A DNA stretch of 64,000 nucleotides from Acidobacteriota bacterium (GCA_965248695.1 CBDFKD010000002.1:4736001-4800000), one strand, 5' to 3'; positions 17,936-28,263 are shown, counted from the stretch's first letter. Notes: generated by a model not told the origin, from the letters alone. Numbers and translations: made by a program.

Positions 17936-20155
17936 ATGAGCAGTTCATCGGATGTTCAAACAGATCCCCGGATCACCCGGCGAGGGTTCCTGCAGGCGAC
18001 GGCGGGGCTGACGTTCGCATTTGTGGCCGGTCCGCCTCCGGATGGCTCCGCTGCGTCGTCGGTAGCGGCAGAGACTCTGGCGCCCAACATCTGGGTCAAC
18101 ATCGCGCCGGATGGAATCATCACCATCGTCAATCCGGCTGCCGAGATGGGCCAGGGAACGATGACGGCGCTGCCGATCATCCTTGCCGAGGAGCTCGATG
18201 CGGATTGGAGTGACGTTCGGATCGAGCTGTCGCCCTCCGACGACGAGGTGTACGGGAATCCTGGGTACGTCGGCATTCTTCGCACCGGGGCAAGCGCCAC
18301 GGTCGCCGGCTACTACGACACGCTGCGATTGCACGGAGCGCAGGCACGTCGGGTGCTTCTCGACAGCGCTGCGACCAGGTGGGGCGTGCCGGTGGAGGAA
18401 CTCACTACCGAGCCCAGCGTAGTCGTTCACGCCAAGAGCGGCCGCAGGCTGCGCTACGGAGAGGTGGCCGGATTCACGACCATGCCCTCGGAACCACCCG
18501 ACATCGAGCCGGGCGACCTCAAAGATCCGGCCGACTTCCGGCTCATCGGCCATGATCTTCCCCGTGCGGACATCCCGGAGAAGGTGGACGGAACGGCGCA
18601 GTACAGCATCGACGTGCGTGTGCCGGAAATGGTCTACGCGACGGTGCTGCGGCCGCCGGTCATGGGGGCTCTGCCGGAGCAAGTCTCGGAGGGCGAGGCG
18701 CGCAGCGTACCGGGTGTCCTGGAGATCGTAAGGCTCCCCTACGGGATCGGTGTGGTCAGCGAGACCATCGAGGGGGCGCTTACCGCGGCGGGCCAGGTCG
18801 AGATCGAGTGGCAGCAGGTAGAGGGCTCGACCTTCGACAGCGACGCAGAGCTCGAGGCCCAAGCTCATCGGGCGCGTGAGTTGAGCCGCGATGGTGCCAG
18901 TCCCGAGGATCGAGAAGTAGAGAGCGCCCTCGCTGCCGCACCCCACCGTTACGAGTCCGAGTACAGCACCGAGTTCGTCTATCAAGCCCAAATGGAACCG
19001 CTGAACGCGGTGGCATGGGTCAAAGACAATGGACAACGAGCCGAGGTCTGGGCCGGATCGCAAACGCCGACGTATCTGCTTCGCACCGCCTCCAAGACGC
19101 TCGGGATCCCGATGGAGGACATCACGCTCCACAGGATGTATCTCGGTGGCGGGTTTGGTCGCAGGTCCGACATGAGGCACGAGTACGTCGTCGACGCCTT
19201 GTTGCTATCGCGCGCGGTAGGCAAGCCGGTCAAGCTCGTCTGGAGCCGCGAGGACGATGTGCGATACGGGCACTTCAAGCCCAGTAGCGCACACTATCTA
19301 CAGGCCGGTGTCGACGCCCAGGATCGGGTGACGGCATGGGAACACCGGAGTGTCTCGGACAATGTTCAGGCACAGGCCGACCCCTACATCAGAGAGCTGC
19401 GGCAACGGGTCAGCCAGGAGACCTTGGACGCGACCACCTTCAGCCGCAATCGAGGCTTGGGTCTCTATGATTTCGCACACCGACGAAGACAGAACGAATA
19501 CCGTGCCTTGCCGGTGCGGCTCGGCTGGATGCGAGGCGTCAACACGCTCCTGAGCGAGTTTGCGGCCGAGTCGCTGGTCGACGAGATCGCCGCCGACAGG
19601 AGTCTGGATCCGATCGAGTTCCGCCTGGCGCATCTGCACGAGCCTCTGGCGCGGAGGGTGCTGAACACCGTTGGCGAGATGGCCAACTGGACGGATCCCG
19701 GGGACCGAGCGCTCGGTGTCTCCTACGTGGCGTCTTTCGGATGCGTGATGGCAACCGTCGCACAGGTATCGGTCGATCCCGACAGCGGATGGATCCGTGT
19801 CCCCGACATCTGGGTCGCGGTCGATATCGGTATCCCGGTGCAGCCATTCAACTGCGTCGGCCAGATAGAAAGCTGTGTGGTGTATGCGCTCAGCAACGCG
19901 CTGACCGAGCGCATCTCTTTCAAGGACGGGCGCGTGCAGGAGTCCAACTTCCACGACTATCCAGTGCTCACCATGGAGGACACGCCGCAGATCCACGTCC
20001 GCGTGTTGCGCTCGGAGAGACCGCCGACGGGGGTCGGAGACCGCTCCGGCCTCGGGGTGGCACCTGCAGTGGCCAGTGCCTTTGCCCGCCTGACCGGTCG
20101 AAGACTGCGACACATGCCCATGACCCCCGAACACGTCTTGCAGGCGTTGGCGTAA
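17936..20155 (+). CDS. Xanthine dehydrogenase family molybdopterin-binding subunit (IorB-like), Tat signal
   Basis: 'TRRGFLQ', 'EMGQG...ILAEELDADW', 'GGGFGRR', 'WSREDD'. Confidence 0.92.
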   Translation: MSSSSDVQTDPRITRRGFLQATAGLTFAFVAGPPPDGSAASSVAAETLAPNIWVNIAPDGIITIVNPAAEMGQGTMTALPIILAEELDADWSDVRIELSPSDDEVYGNPGYVGILRTGASATVAGYYDTLRLHGAQARRVLLDSAATRWGVPVEELTTEPSVVVHAKSGRRLRYGEVAGFTTMPSEPPDIEPGDLKDPADFRLIGHDLPRADIPEKVDGTAQYSIDVRVPEMVYATVLRPPVMGALPEQVSEGEARSVPGVLEIVRLPYGIGVVSETIEGALTAAGQVEIEWQQVEGSTFDSDAELEAQAHRARELSRDGASPEDREVESALAAAPHRYESEYSTEFVYQAQMEPLNAVAWVKDNGQRAEVWAGSQTPTYLLRTASKTLGIPMEDITLHRMYLGGGFGRRSDMRHEYVVDALLLSRAVGKPVKLVWSREDDVRYGHFKPSSAHYLQAGVDAQDRVTAWEHRSVSDNVQAQADPYIRELRQRVSQETLDATTFSRNRGLGLYDFAHRRRQNEYRALPVRLGWMRGVNTLLSEFAAESLVDEIAADRSLDPIEFRLAHLHEPLARRVLNTVGEMANWTDPGDRALGVSYVASFGCVMATVAQVSVDPDSGWIRVPDIWVAVDIGIPVQPFNCVGQIESCVVYALSNALTERISFKDGRVQESNFHDYPVLTMEDTPQIHVRVLRSERPPTGVGDRSGLGVAPAVASAFARLTGRRLRHMPMTPEHVLQALA

Positions 20156-20181
20156 CCGGCGCAGCTCATCCGGAGGTTTCG

Positions 20182-20646
20182 ATGCAGTTCACCCTCATGG
20201 TCAATGGCAATGAGCAAACCGTTGAGGCTGAACCTGACACCCCCCTCCTTTGGGTGTTGCGTGAGCACATCGGGTTGACGGGCACGAAGTTCGGGTGCGG
20301 GATCGGCATGTGCATGGCCTGCACGGTCCACCTGACCGGCGAACGAGCCCTGAGTTGCCAGACGCCGATCAGCGCGGCTGCCGACCAGAAGGTCACGACC
20401 ATCGAGGGCCTCGCGGCCATGCAGCATGCACTGCTGGCGGCATGGGTCGAGGAGCAAGTGCCCCAGTGCGGCTACTGCCAGCCGGGAATGATCATGAACG
20501 CGGCCGATCTGTTGAGCAAGAATGACAACCCCAGTCGCGAGGACATCGTTACCCACATGAGAAACATCTGCCGTTGTGGAACCTATCCGCGGGTGATCCG
20601 CGCCATCGAACGAGTGGCCGCGGAGCCTACTCGGGAGCTTCCGTGA
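20182..20646 (+). CDS. (2Fe-2S)-binding small subunit (IorA-like)
   Basis: 'GTKFGCGIGMCMACTV', 'QCGYCQPG', 'NICRCGTY'. GGAGG RBS before ATG 20182. Confidence 0.95.
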   Translation: MQFTLMVNGNEQTVEAEPDTPLLWVLREHIGLTGTKFGCGIGMCMACTVHLTGERALSCQTPISAAADQKVTTIEGLAAMQHALLAAWVEEQVPQCGYCQPGMIMNAADLLSKNDNPSREDIVTHMRNICRCGTYPRVIRAIERVAAEPTRELP

Positions 20647-21107
20647 GCGTTTCGACGGGGATCAGACATCCGCTGTGGGTCGTGGCCTGGAGTGTCAAGC
20701 AGTCCCTGCTGGTCGTGATCGCGACGCTTGCCGGCGTCGGCTTCGTGGCCGGACAGGAACACGTTGACCCGCAGCAAATCCTTCGCGACTACGTGGCCGC
20801 GTGGAACGAGGACGATGCGTCGACGCGCGGCGAGATGCTCGCTCGTTCCTTCGCTGACGACGGCATCTACACCGATCCAACGGCGTGGGTCGCCGGGCGC
20901 TCGGCGCTTGTCGAGCACATCGGCGGCTTCCTGTCAGCGTCCCCCGGTAGCTCGCTTTCGTTGATCGAAGAACCGGAGCTGCACCACGGGCACGGACGCT
21001 TCGAATGGTCTCTGAGGACGGCGGCAGGCGAGGAGATGGTCCGCGGGGTGGATTTCGTCACGTTTGCCCCCGACGGCCGCATCGCGAAGATCGTGGGCTT
21101 CTTCTAG
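20643..21107 (+). CDS. NTF2/SnoaL-like protein with signal-like N-terminus
   Basis: 'YVAAWNE', 'YTDP', 'RFEWSL', 'GVDFVTFAPDGRIAKIVGFF'. GTGA overlap. Confidence 0.8.
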   Translation: MSVSTGIRHPLWVVAWSVKQSLLVVIATLAGVGFVAGQEHVDPQQILRDYVAAWNEDDASTRGEMLARSFADDGIYTDPTAWVAGRSALVEHIGGFLSASPGSSLSLIEEPELHHGHGRFEWSLRTAAGEEMVRGVDFVTFAPDGRIAKIVGFF

Positions 21108-22484
21108 CTATCGATCTGGTGCGCGCCTGACACTGCCTGGCCAGAGGATGGCGTGGTCGTCGATCGTCAGCCCTCCCGTCTTCGGGTCAACGCTACCCAC
21201 CGAAACGAAATCGACCGTCTTGCCGTCCGCCTTGTATCCGTGGCTGTTGAAAATCTGCACCGGCATGTTGGCGCGATCGTTGGTGCCCGGGACGAGCGCT
21301 ACGTGACCGGTGGCTCCTTCGAAGTCCATCTGGCGCAGGTATGGCATGAGGTTGCGGCCATTCACCTCCTGACCGGCTGCTTTGACGTCGCGGATGGCGT
21401 AGCCCACCGCCAGCATGTGGTCGTAGCTCAACGCTCCGTAGGCGAACGCTTTCGACGTCGGGTCGACGGTTCTGCCGAGGCGTTTCTCGAGCGCCGTCTT
21501 GAAGCGTGAAAGCGTCGGCGACGGGATGAGCTGGTTCATGGGAGCGAAGTACCCCAGGCTTCCGGACACGGCTGCCGGCGCCTCGTCTCCCGAGATCATC
21601 TCGGCGGCGTAGAACGAGTAGCCCGGCGCGTTCATGCCGAGCTCATGCAGCGCCCGGAACATCGTCACGGTGTCCGGCGTCGGGCTGGTGTTGAAGATGT
21701 GCTTGATGCCGGCCTGCCGAACGCTCGTCACATGCGCTTTGATCGTCTCGTACGACGTGTCACGCGGGTAGCCGTATTCCTGGGCGATTTGGATGCCCCT
21801 GGCCTTCGTAGCCTGATGGACGACGTTCCTGGCCCCGAGTCCCCAGGCATCGGTCGTATGGAAGTACGCAATCTCATCAACCCCGAAATACGCCGCGACG
21901 TCGATGAGGTAACCGTCGTATTGCTCGCTCGGAGTGACCACGCGCACGAAGTAGGGGAACTCTTCCGGCGACGAGAGCATCGAGGCGTTGGCACCGGTAG
22001 AGATGACCGGAACCTCGTATCTCTCGCCAACCCTGGCGATCTCCACTGCGGGGCCGCTACAGTCCGCACCCGTGAGAACGAGGATTCCCTTCCTCATGAG
22101 CGTCTCCGCCATGAGCGCTGCGTTCTCCGGCCAGCAGTGGTAGTCGATCGTGTTCTCGTCGGTCATGCGCAGGCGGTCGTCACCCAGCATGCCTGAGGCG
22201 TTGATCTCCTCGATGGCGAGCCGTGCGCCGTGGCGCTCGAAGTCCCCCCAATCGGCATAACGGCCGTCGCGGTAGTGATAGGTGTACATGCCGCCGAGAT
22301 CGTAGATTTGGGCCGCGCCTCCGGAATCGTGGGCTTCGGCCGCGCTCGAGGAGGGGAGGAGCGCCGTCAGTAGCAGCAACGCAGAGGCTACGCTCCTTGC
22401 GCCCCTCGTTGGATCCTGCCGGCGCTGACGATACGCTGCACGCGCTCGTGTTCCACGGATCGGTATTTCCATGCGACGGAACAA
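21108..22484 (-). CDS. Periplasmic-binding-protein type 1 / ANF-receptor (Venus flytrap) ligand-binding protein
   Basis: 'LAIEEINA', 'GADCSG', 'LSSPEEFPYFVRV', 'YDHMLAVGYAI', 'FEGATGHV', 'ILWPG'. Hydrophobic signal; start uncertain. Confidence 0.8.
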   Translation of the reverse strand: MFRRMEIPIRGTRARAAYRQRRQDPTRGARSVASALLLLTALLPSSSAAEAHDSGGAAQIYDLGGMYTYHYRDGRYADWGDFERHGARLAIEEINASGMLGDDRLRMTDENTIDYHCWPENAALMAETLMRKGILVLTGADCSGPAVEIARVGERYEVPVISTGANASMLSSPEEFPYFVRVVTPSEQYDGYLIDVAAYFGVDEIAYFHTTDAWGLGARNVVHQATKARGIQIAQEYGYPRDTSYETIKAHVTSVRQAGIKHIFNTSPTPDTVTMFRALHELGMNAPGYSFYAAEMISGDEAPAAVSGSLGYFAPMNQLIPSPTLSRFKTALEKRLGRTVDPTSKAFAYGALSYDHMLAVGYAIRDVKAAGQEVNGRNLMPYLRQMDFEGATGHVALVPGTNDRANMPVQIFNSHGYKADGKTVDFVSVGSVDPKTGGLTIDDHAILWPGSVRRAPDR

Positions 22485-22531
22485 TCGACTAGACCTCTAC
22501 CAAGTTGTCGAGAAGCCGCGGCGCTCGGGGC

Positions 22532-23650
22532 TCAGGCGGGTGCCGGCTCCGTGACAATGATCTCCTCGATCGCCGCGAGCGCCTGCGCGAGGAGCTCGGG
22601 CGCGGTGGCCCCGAAGGCGACGCGGAAGTGTTCCGGGTGGCCGAAACAGTCGCCGGGCGACAGGAGGATCCCCGCAGCTGCCAGCTGCTCGCAGAGTGGA
22701 CGGGCCGACGGTTCGTCGACGACCCATGGAAACGCGATCAGTCCCCCCGCCGGCTCGACCCATTGGAATCGGTCGGAGTGACGGTCGAAGAACGCCCGTA
22801 AGACGGGGAGATTTCGGCTGCCGACCGACTGTGCGCGGGCCAGCACACGCTGGCGCTGTCGCAGGGCGATCGCCGACAGTCGCTCTGACAGGGGCGGCGT
22901 GGAAATCGTGAAGAACCCCCGAAGGTCGAAGTAGCTTTTCCGGCGTTCCGGATTCGCGTCGACGATCCAGCCGAGTCGCAGCCCGGCCATCGACATGGCC
23001 TTGGACATGTCCCCGACTACAACCGCGCCCTCGACGGCGGCACCCGACGCCGATGTTCCGGTGTGCGTGATCGGGTGCTGCACCTGGTCGATCGACAGCA
23101 CTGCGCCGCACTTGGCCGCAGCATCGTGGATGGCACGCATGTCAGTCGTGCTGACGGTCGCGCCTGTGGGGTTGTGGGGAGTATTGACGATGACCAGGCC
23201 CGTGCGGTCGTCGATGAGGTCGATCACGACCTGCGGATCCAGCCGGAAGCCGTCGTTGCGGCTCAGCCGATACGGTCGCGGCTCTTGGTCGAAGATCTCC
23301 GGCAGCGCACCGAAGCTCGGATACCCGGGATCCGGAAACACGACGTTGCCACCGGGCGAAGCACAGGCCGCAACCAGTATCGCCAGACCCTCGGCGGCGC
23401 CGGAGGTGATGCGAACGTGGTCCGGGGCGGAGTCGGTGTGCGCCGCGACCGCGTTGCGAAGCTCGTCGGAACCGGTGACAGGCGCGTAGGTGAGTGCGTC
23501 GTCGGCGAGAGCGTCAGGGGTGAGATCCTCGAGAGCAAGCAGCTCGGAAAGCGTCCAAACCGGCCCGGTGCTGCCGGACAGGTTGAAGCGCAGCGGGCGT
23601 GCCTCATGCTGGTGCATCCACACTTCGAGCGCGAAGGTCGGAATGGACAA
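22532..23650 (-). CDS. Class I/II PLP-dependent aminotransferase
   Basis: 'ITSGAAEG', 'NTPHNPTG', 'MSKAMSMAGLRLGW'. TTG start with GAGGT RBS. Confidence 0.9.
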   Translation of the reverse strand: MSIPTFALEVWMHQHEARPLRFNLSGSTGPVWTLSELLALEDLTPDALADDALTYAPVTGSDELRNAVAAHTDSAPDHVRITSGAAEGLAILVAACASPGGNVVFPDPGYPSFGALPEIFDQEPRPYRLSRNDGFRLDPQVVIDLIDDRTGLVIVNTPHNPTGATVSTTDMRAIHDAAAKCGAVLSIDQVQHPITHTGTSASGAAVEGAVVVGDMSKAMSMAGLRLGWIVDANPERRKSYFDLRGFFTISTPPLSERLSAIALRQRQRVLARAQSVGSRNLPVLRAFFDRHSDRFQWVEPAGGLIAFPWVVDEPSARPLCEQLAAAGILLSPGDCFGHPEHFRVAFGATAPELLAQALAAIEEIIVTEPAPA

Positions 23651-23695
23651 TCGGCACCTCTGCCGTCGTCTTGGCCCCTCGATGCTCTTGGCGAG

Positions 23696-25687
23696 CTAGG
23701 GAAGCGCCAGCGCGACGTATTCGGGCGGGTGATCCTGCGCCCCGATCGACACGACGATGTATTGCTTGCCATCGAGCATGTAGGTCATAGGACCGGCGGT
23801 GGTCCCGGACGGGAGCTCCATCGCCCAGAGCACATCACCCGTTGCCTTGTCGTAGGCACGGAACACCTTGCCCCATGCCCAATCCTCGTTCAACGTCCCG
23901 CTCACGGCGTTGCTGCCTTCGCCCAGGAACAACAGCGTCTTGGTGACCAGCGGCGCCGGACGATTGGGAACCCCCAGCGGGGGCAGGCTCAAGTTCCTCA
24001 GCAACGGATGGTTGCGCGGTCCGTCACCGTTGGCCGCCATCCAAACCTGCTCGCCGCGGTTCAGATCCAAAGCCGTAATGCGGCCGTAAGGTCCCTTGGC
24101 GATGAACAGCCCTTCGATGGTGGGGGCGGCGGCGGGGACATAGGCGTATTCCATCGTTGCCGCCGGATCGGTTTGCTTCACCATGGCGCGGTTCGTGGGG
24201 CCGTACGAACTGTTGGAGACAGCGTAGTAGATCCCCGTTTCGGGATCGAAAGCGCCGGTGTTCCAGTTGCCGGCGCCCCAAGCGCCGGGATGTATGAGCG
24301 TGCCCTTCTTCCCGCCCGGCTCATCGCTCGGGACGGACGGTGGGGTATAGAGGGGCCCTAGGTGATACTCCTGGGCAAGCTCACGTGCCCGCCGCTGAAG
24401 CTCCGGCGTGTAGTCGATCAGGTCTGACTCGGTAATCCCCTGTTGGTCGAACGGCGGCGGCTTGGTCGGAAACGGCTGCGTCGGCGCGGACACCTCGCCG
24501 GGGACGGTCGACTGGGGTACCGGCCGTTCCTCGATCGGCCATACCGGCTCACCGGTTGTGCGGTCGAGGACGTACAGAAACGCGTTCTTGTTCGGCTGCA
24601 TCACGGCCTTGATGCGTCGACCGTCAACGGTGATATCGCCGAGAATCGCCGGTCCGATGTTGTCGTACTCCCACAGGTCGTGATGAACCATCTGGAAGTG
24701 CCAGACGCGCTCGCCGGTCTGTGCATCCAGCGCCACCAGCGTGTTCGAGAACAGGTTGTCGCCCGGTCTCCAGCCGCCATACCAGGCCGACGTGGGGGCG
24801 GAAAACGCGACGTAGAGGTGGCCGAGCTCCTCGTCACTGCTCATCAACGACCAGGCGCCGAGATCGCCTGCGACCTTCCACGAATCGTCGCCCCAGGTGT
24901 CGGTGCCGAACTCGCCGTCACGGGGCACGGCGTGAAACGTCCACAGCAGCCGACCGGTGCGGACGTCGAAGCCCCGGATGTCCTCGGAAGCCGCCTCTTT
25001 CCTGTTGCCGCCGTCCCCGGCCCCAGCGGTGATGCCGGTGACGATCACGACCTCGCCGACGACCATAGGACCGGTGCTGGTGCTGAACGTGCCCGCCAGT
25101 GGCTGGCGTTCCTGGAACCGCAGGCCGACCCTGCCGTTTTCACCGAACGCGCCATACGGCTCGCCGGTCCTGGTGTTGAGGGCGTACAGATATTCACCGC
25201 GAACCGCGAGGATCCGCTCGTCGCCGGTGCCACTGCTCCAGTACGCGACCCCGCGCGTGGTCCGAGCTTCAGCCTCCTCCTGCGTGGAGGCGAGGAGCTC
25301 CTGCTCCCAGATTGGCTCGCCGGTCCTGCCATCTAGGGCCATCACCAAACCATGGGCGTCCTGGGTATAGAGGACCCCGTCGATGAAGATCGGTGTGGAC
25401 CGCAGGTAGGGGGGCGCATACAGCTCGGCGAACTGCTCGGTGAGCTCGCTGCGCACTGCCGGACGTCGCCAGACGATGCGCAAGTCGGCGACGTTGTCGC
25501 GGTCGATTCGGTCCAGGGGGGAGTAGCGGGTAAAGGCCTTGCTGCCTCCGAAGTAGTGCCAGCTTTCCTCAGGAGGGTGTTGCTGCGATGCCGTTGCGGT
25601 CGGCAGCACTCCTGCAGCAACCGCCGCGGAGAGACAAAGAGCCAGGGCCGAGGTGGCTGCGGAGCGAAGGAGGTGTCTTCGGTTCAT
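23696..25687 (-). CDS. PQQ-dependent dehydrogenase (quinoprotein glucose dehydrogenase-like), exported
   Basis: 'RYSPLDRIDRDNVADL', 'RGVAYW', 'WHFQMVHHDLWEYD', 'PTQPFPTKP', 'PMTYMLDGKQY'. Confidence 0.92.
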   Translation of the reverse strand: MNRRHLLRSAATSALALCLSAAVAAGVLPTATASQQHPPEESWHYFGGSKAFTRYSPLDRIDRDNVADLRIVWRRPAVRSELTEQFAELYAPPYLRSTPIFIDGVLYTQDAHGLVMALDGRTGEPIWEQELLASTQEEAEARTTRGVAYWSSGTGDERILAVRGEYLYALNTRTGEPYGAFGENGRVGLRFQERQPLAGTFSTSTGPMVVGEVVIVTGITAGAGDGGNRKEAASEDIRGFDVRTGRLLWTFHAVPRDGEFGTDTWGDDSWKVAGDLGAWSLMSSDEELGHLYVAFSAPTSAWYGGWRPGDNLFSNTLVALDAQTGERVWHFQMVHHDLWEYDNIGPAILGDITVDGRRIKAVMQPNKNAFLYVLDRTTGEPVWPIEERPVPQSTVPGEVSAPTQPFPTKPPPFDQQGITESDLIDYTPELQRRARELAQEYHLGPLYTPPSVPSDEPGGKKGTLIHPGAWGAGNWNTGAFDPETGIYYAVSNSSYGPTNRAMVKQTDPAATMEYAYVPAAAPTIEGLFIAKGPYGRITALDLNRGEQVWMAANGDGPRNHPLLRNLSLPPLGVPNRPAPLVTKTLLFLGEGSNAVSGTLNEDWAWGKVFRAYDKATGDVLWAMELPSGTTAGPMTYMLDGKQYIVVSIGAQDHPPEYVALALP

Positions 25688-25816
25688 GGGGTCCGCCTGT
25701 TCGTTCGAGGAACATCGTGCACCCTACCGCACACGCGTCCGTGCATCAGCCCGGCGCTCATCGCCGGTGACTCGGTTTCTTCCACGCTCGATCGCTGTTC
25801 CCGGGAATGAGCATAG

Positions 25817-27022
25817 TCAGGCGAATCGTCCAGGGCGATACGGGCCCAGTGCGTCTGTTCCGCTGTCACCGAGGAGCTCGCGGCTGATCAATTGCCCCAT
25901 GATCGGTGCCAGCGTTACGCCGCTGTGCATGACGGCGAGATAGACATGAGAGGACCCGGGGACGTACCCGACGATGGGCAAACCGTCCGACGGCATCGGA
26001 CGGAATCCGAGCGTCAGTCGATCGAGCTCGGCGTGCCGGGCGTCCCGCATGACGTGCCCAATCCGCTCGAGGATGCGCTGACCGTGCTCCTCGCGCATAG
26101 CGCGATCGGGGAAATCACCGGCCTGCCGGAGGATCTCCTCGTGATCCGGTGTTTCGGGCAGCCCGTCGCTGTCGGCACCCACGATGCGCCCGTCAGGGAA
26201 CTGCTTGAAGTGCACCCCCGGTGCGTAATACACGGCGCTGGACAACGCACGGACCGGCCTGCTGTGCGCGAGGATGCCGGGAGCGTGATCGAGTGGCGGC
26301 TGGAACCCGGCGCCGGACGTCAGCCCACCGCTATCGACGCCCGCGGCGACCACTATCCGGTCAAGCCGATAGTCGCCCGTCGTGGTCGCGGCGACAACCT
26401 GACCGGTTTCCAGGCGCAGTCCGGTCACCTCACAGGGGATGTTGGTTTCGACGCCATGGCCCTGGGCCGCCTGCAGCAGCCGCTTCGTGGTTGCTACCGG
26501 ATCGAGGTGACCGTCTACGCCGCAGTGAACTGCGATCTCGAACTCGCCGGGAGATATCTGCGGCGCGATGGTGGAAAAGTCGGACGACGTGAGCGATTCC
26601 ACTGGGTAGTCAGGCGAGGAAATGGCCGCTTGCAGTGCGCGCAGCTCATCCACTGCTTGCGCTTCGGCGCTGCCACCGCGTTCCCACATCAGGACCCCGC
26701 CCCAGTTGATCTGCAGGTCGTGCTGCGAGGCAAGATCGCGCCAGGCGCGGAGGCTGCGCAATCGGAGTCGGCGATAGTCGGCGTTGGGGCTCATCGCGTT
26801 GAGCCACGCGAAGCTCTTGGAGGTAGCGCCTGCTGCTGCGGCTTCCCGTTCGAAGATCGTGACCTCGGCGCCGGCCTTGGCCAGATGTAGGGAAATCGAG
26901 GCCCCGACGATCCCGCCGCCGACGACTCCTACCCGCAACCGCGCCTGCCCGATAAGCGACGAGCACGGCAATGCCAATGAAGCGGTGCCTGCCAGGCGCT
27001 TCAGAAACGCGCGACGCTGCAT
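25817..27022 (-). CDS. FAD-dependent oxidoreductase (DAO family), Tat signal
   Basis: 'MQRRAFLK', 'VVGGGIVG', 'GATSKSFAWLN', 'RPMPSDGLPIVG', 'HSGVTLAP'. Confidence 0.9.
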   Translation of the reverse strand: MQRRAFLKRLAGTASLALPCSSLIGQARLRVGVVGGGIVGASISLHLAKAGAEVTIFEREAAAAGATSKSFAWLNAMSPNADYRRLRLRSLRAWRDLASQHDLQINWGGVLMWERGGSAEAQAVDELRALQAAISSPDYPVESLTSSDFSTIAPQISPGEFEIAVHCGVDGHLDPVATTKRLLQAAQGHGVETNIPCEVTGLRLETGQVVAATTTGDYRLDRIVVAAGVDSGGLTSGAGFQPPLDHAPGILAHSRPVRALSSAVYYAPGVHFKQFPDGRIVGADSDGLPETPDHEEILRQAGDFPDRAMREEHGQRILERIGHVMRDARHAELDRLTLGFRPMPSDGLPIVGYVPGSSHVYLAVMHSGVTLAPIMGQLISRELLGDSGTDALGPYRPGRFA

Positions 27023-27174
27023 TGCATCCTCCAGCACTAGTGATCTGCGCCTTGAGTGCGGCCAGGAGTGATTCTAGACCGCCCAACACGAGCAATCGCC
27101 GCTGGACCACGAGACCCTGACCAGCTATGAAGGAAGGTCTCAGCCCGGTGTCCCTAGAGCTCGAGAGTACCTAA

Positions 27175-28263
27175 ATGAGGGTGCATCCACAGGATCGCCG
27201 AATGCGGGCCGTGCTGCTGACCGGTCACGGCGGGCTCGACCAGCTCGAGTACCGTGACGACGTTCCCGTTCCCTCGCCGCGGCCGGGCGAGGTGCTGATC
27301 GAGGTTGCCGCGTGCGGGATGAACAACACCGACGTCAATGCACGTACCGGCTGGTACGCGAAGACGGTCTCCACGGCCACCGGCGAAGACCATGCGACTC
27401 CCGACACGGGCGGCGGATGGGGCGATAGTCTCAGCTTCCCGCGCATCCAGGGCGCCGACCCGGCGGGCCGAATCGTTGCCGTTGGTGACTGCGTCGCCGT
27501 CGCCCGCATCGGCCAGCGTGTGCTCGTCGACGCCTGGCTGCGCGACCCCAGCGGACTCCTCGCGCGGGCGAGATACCTCGGCTCCGAAGTCGACGGCGGC
27601 TACGCCGAGTTCGTGTCGGTTCCCGCCAGCAACGCCCACCCGATCGAATCGGACCTGAGCGACGTAGAACTGGCCACTTTCCCCTGCTCCTACGCCACTG
27701 CAGAGCACATGCTCCACCGTGCGGGCGTGGAGGAGGGCCAATGGGTGCTGGTGACCGGCGCCTCCGGTGGTGTGGGCGGCGCGCTCGTTCAACTCGCCAA
27801 GCGCCGCGGTGCCCGGGTGCTCGCTGTGACGAGTGCAACGAAGACGGCCGCAGTGCGCGCCATCGGCGCCGACGAGGTGCTCGATCGGGCGCGGCACGAT
27901 CTGGACAAAGCCGTGCTCGACGTGACCGGGGGCATCGATGTCTTCGCCGACGTCGTAGGCGGCGAGTCGTTCGGTCCGCTGCTGGAGACCGTCCGACGGG
28001 GTGGTCACTGCACGACCGCCGGTGCGATTGCCGGGCCGATCGTCTCGCTTGACCTCCGGACTCTGTACCTCCGCGACCTGACGCTGCACGGCGCGACGGT
28101 GCTTCCAGCCGAGGTGTTCGCCAACCTCGTGCGCTACATCGAGCGTGGCGAGGTCCAGCCTGTCGTCGCTGCCACCTTCCCGCTGCATCGCATGGCCGAG
28201 GCACAAGCCGCGTTCATGAAAAAGGAGCACGTCGGCGCGATGGTGATCCAGATCGAGCCCTGA
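27175..28263 (+). CDS. Medium-chain dehydrogenase/reductase (zinc-binding ADH-like)
   Basis: 'PGEVLIEVAACGMNNTD', 'GSEVDGGYAE', 'LVTGASGGVG'. Start may be 27202. Confidence 0.9.
   Translation: MRVHPQDRRMRAVLLTGHGGLDQLEYRDDVPVPSPRPGEVLIEVAACGMNNTDVNARTGWYAKTVSTATGEDHATPDTGGGWGDSLSFPRIQGADPAGRIVAVGDCVAVARIGQRVLVDAWLRDPSGLLARARYLGSEVDGGYAEFVSVPASNAHPIESDLSDVELATFPCSYATAEHMLHRAGVEEGQWVLVTGASGGVGGALVQLAKRRGARVLAVTSATKTAAVRAIGADEVLDRARHDLDKAVLDVTGGIDVFADVVGGESFGPLLETVRRGGHCTTAGAIAGPIVSLDLRTLYLRDLTLHGATVLPAEVFANLVRYIERGEVQPVVAATFPLHRMAEAQAAFMKKEHVGAMVIQIEP

Noticed and set aside
19741-20181. N-terminal extension of the 2Fe-2S ORF
   Set aside because: It overlaps the Mo-subunit gene, and a GGAGG-ATG at 20182 gives the canonical small subunit.
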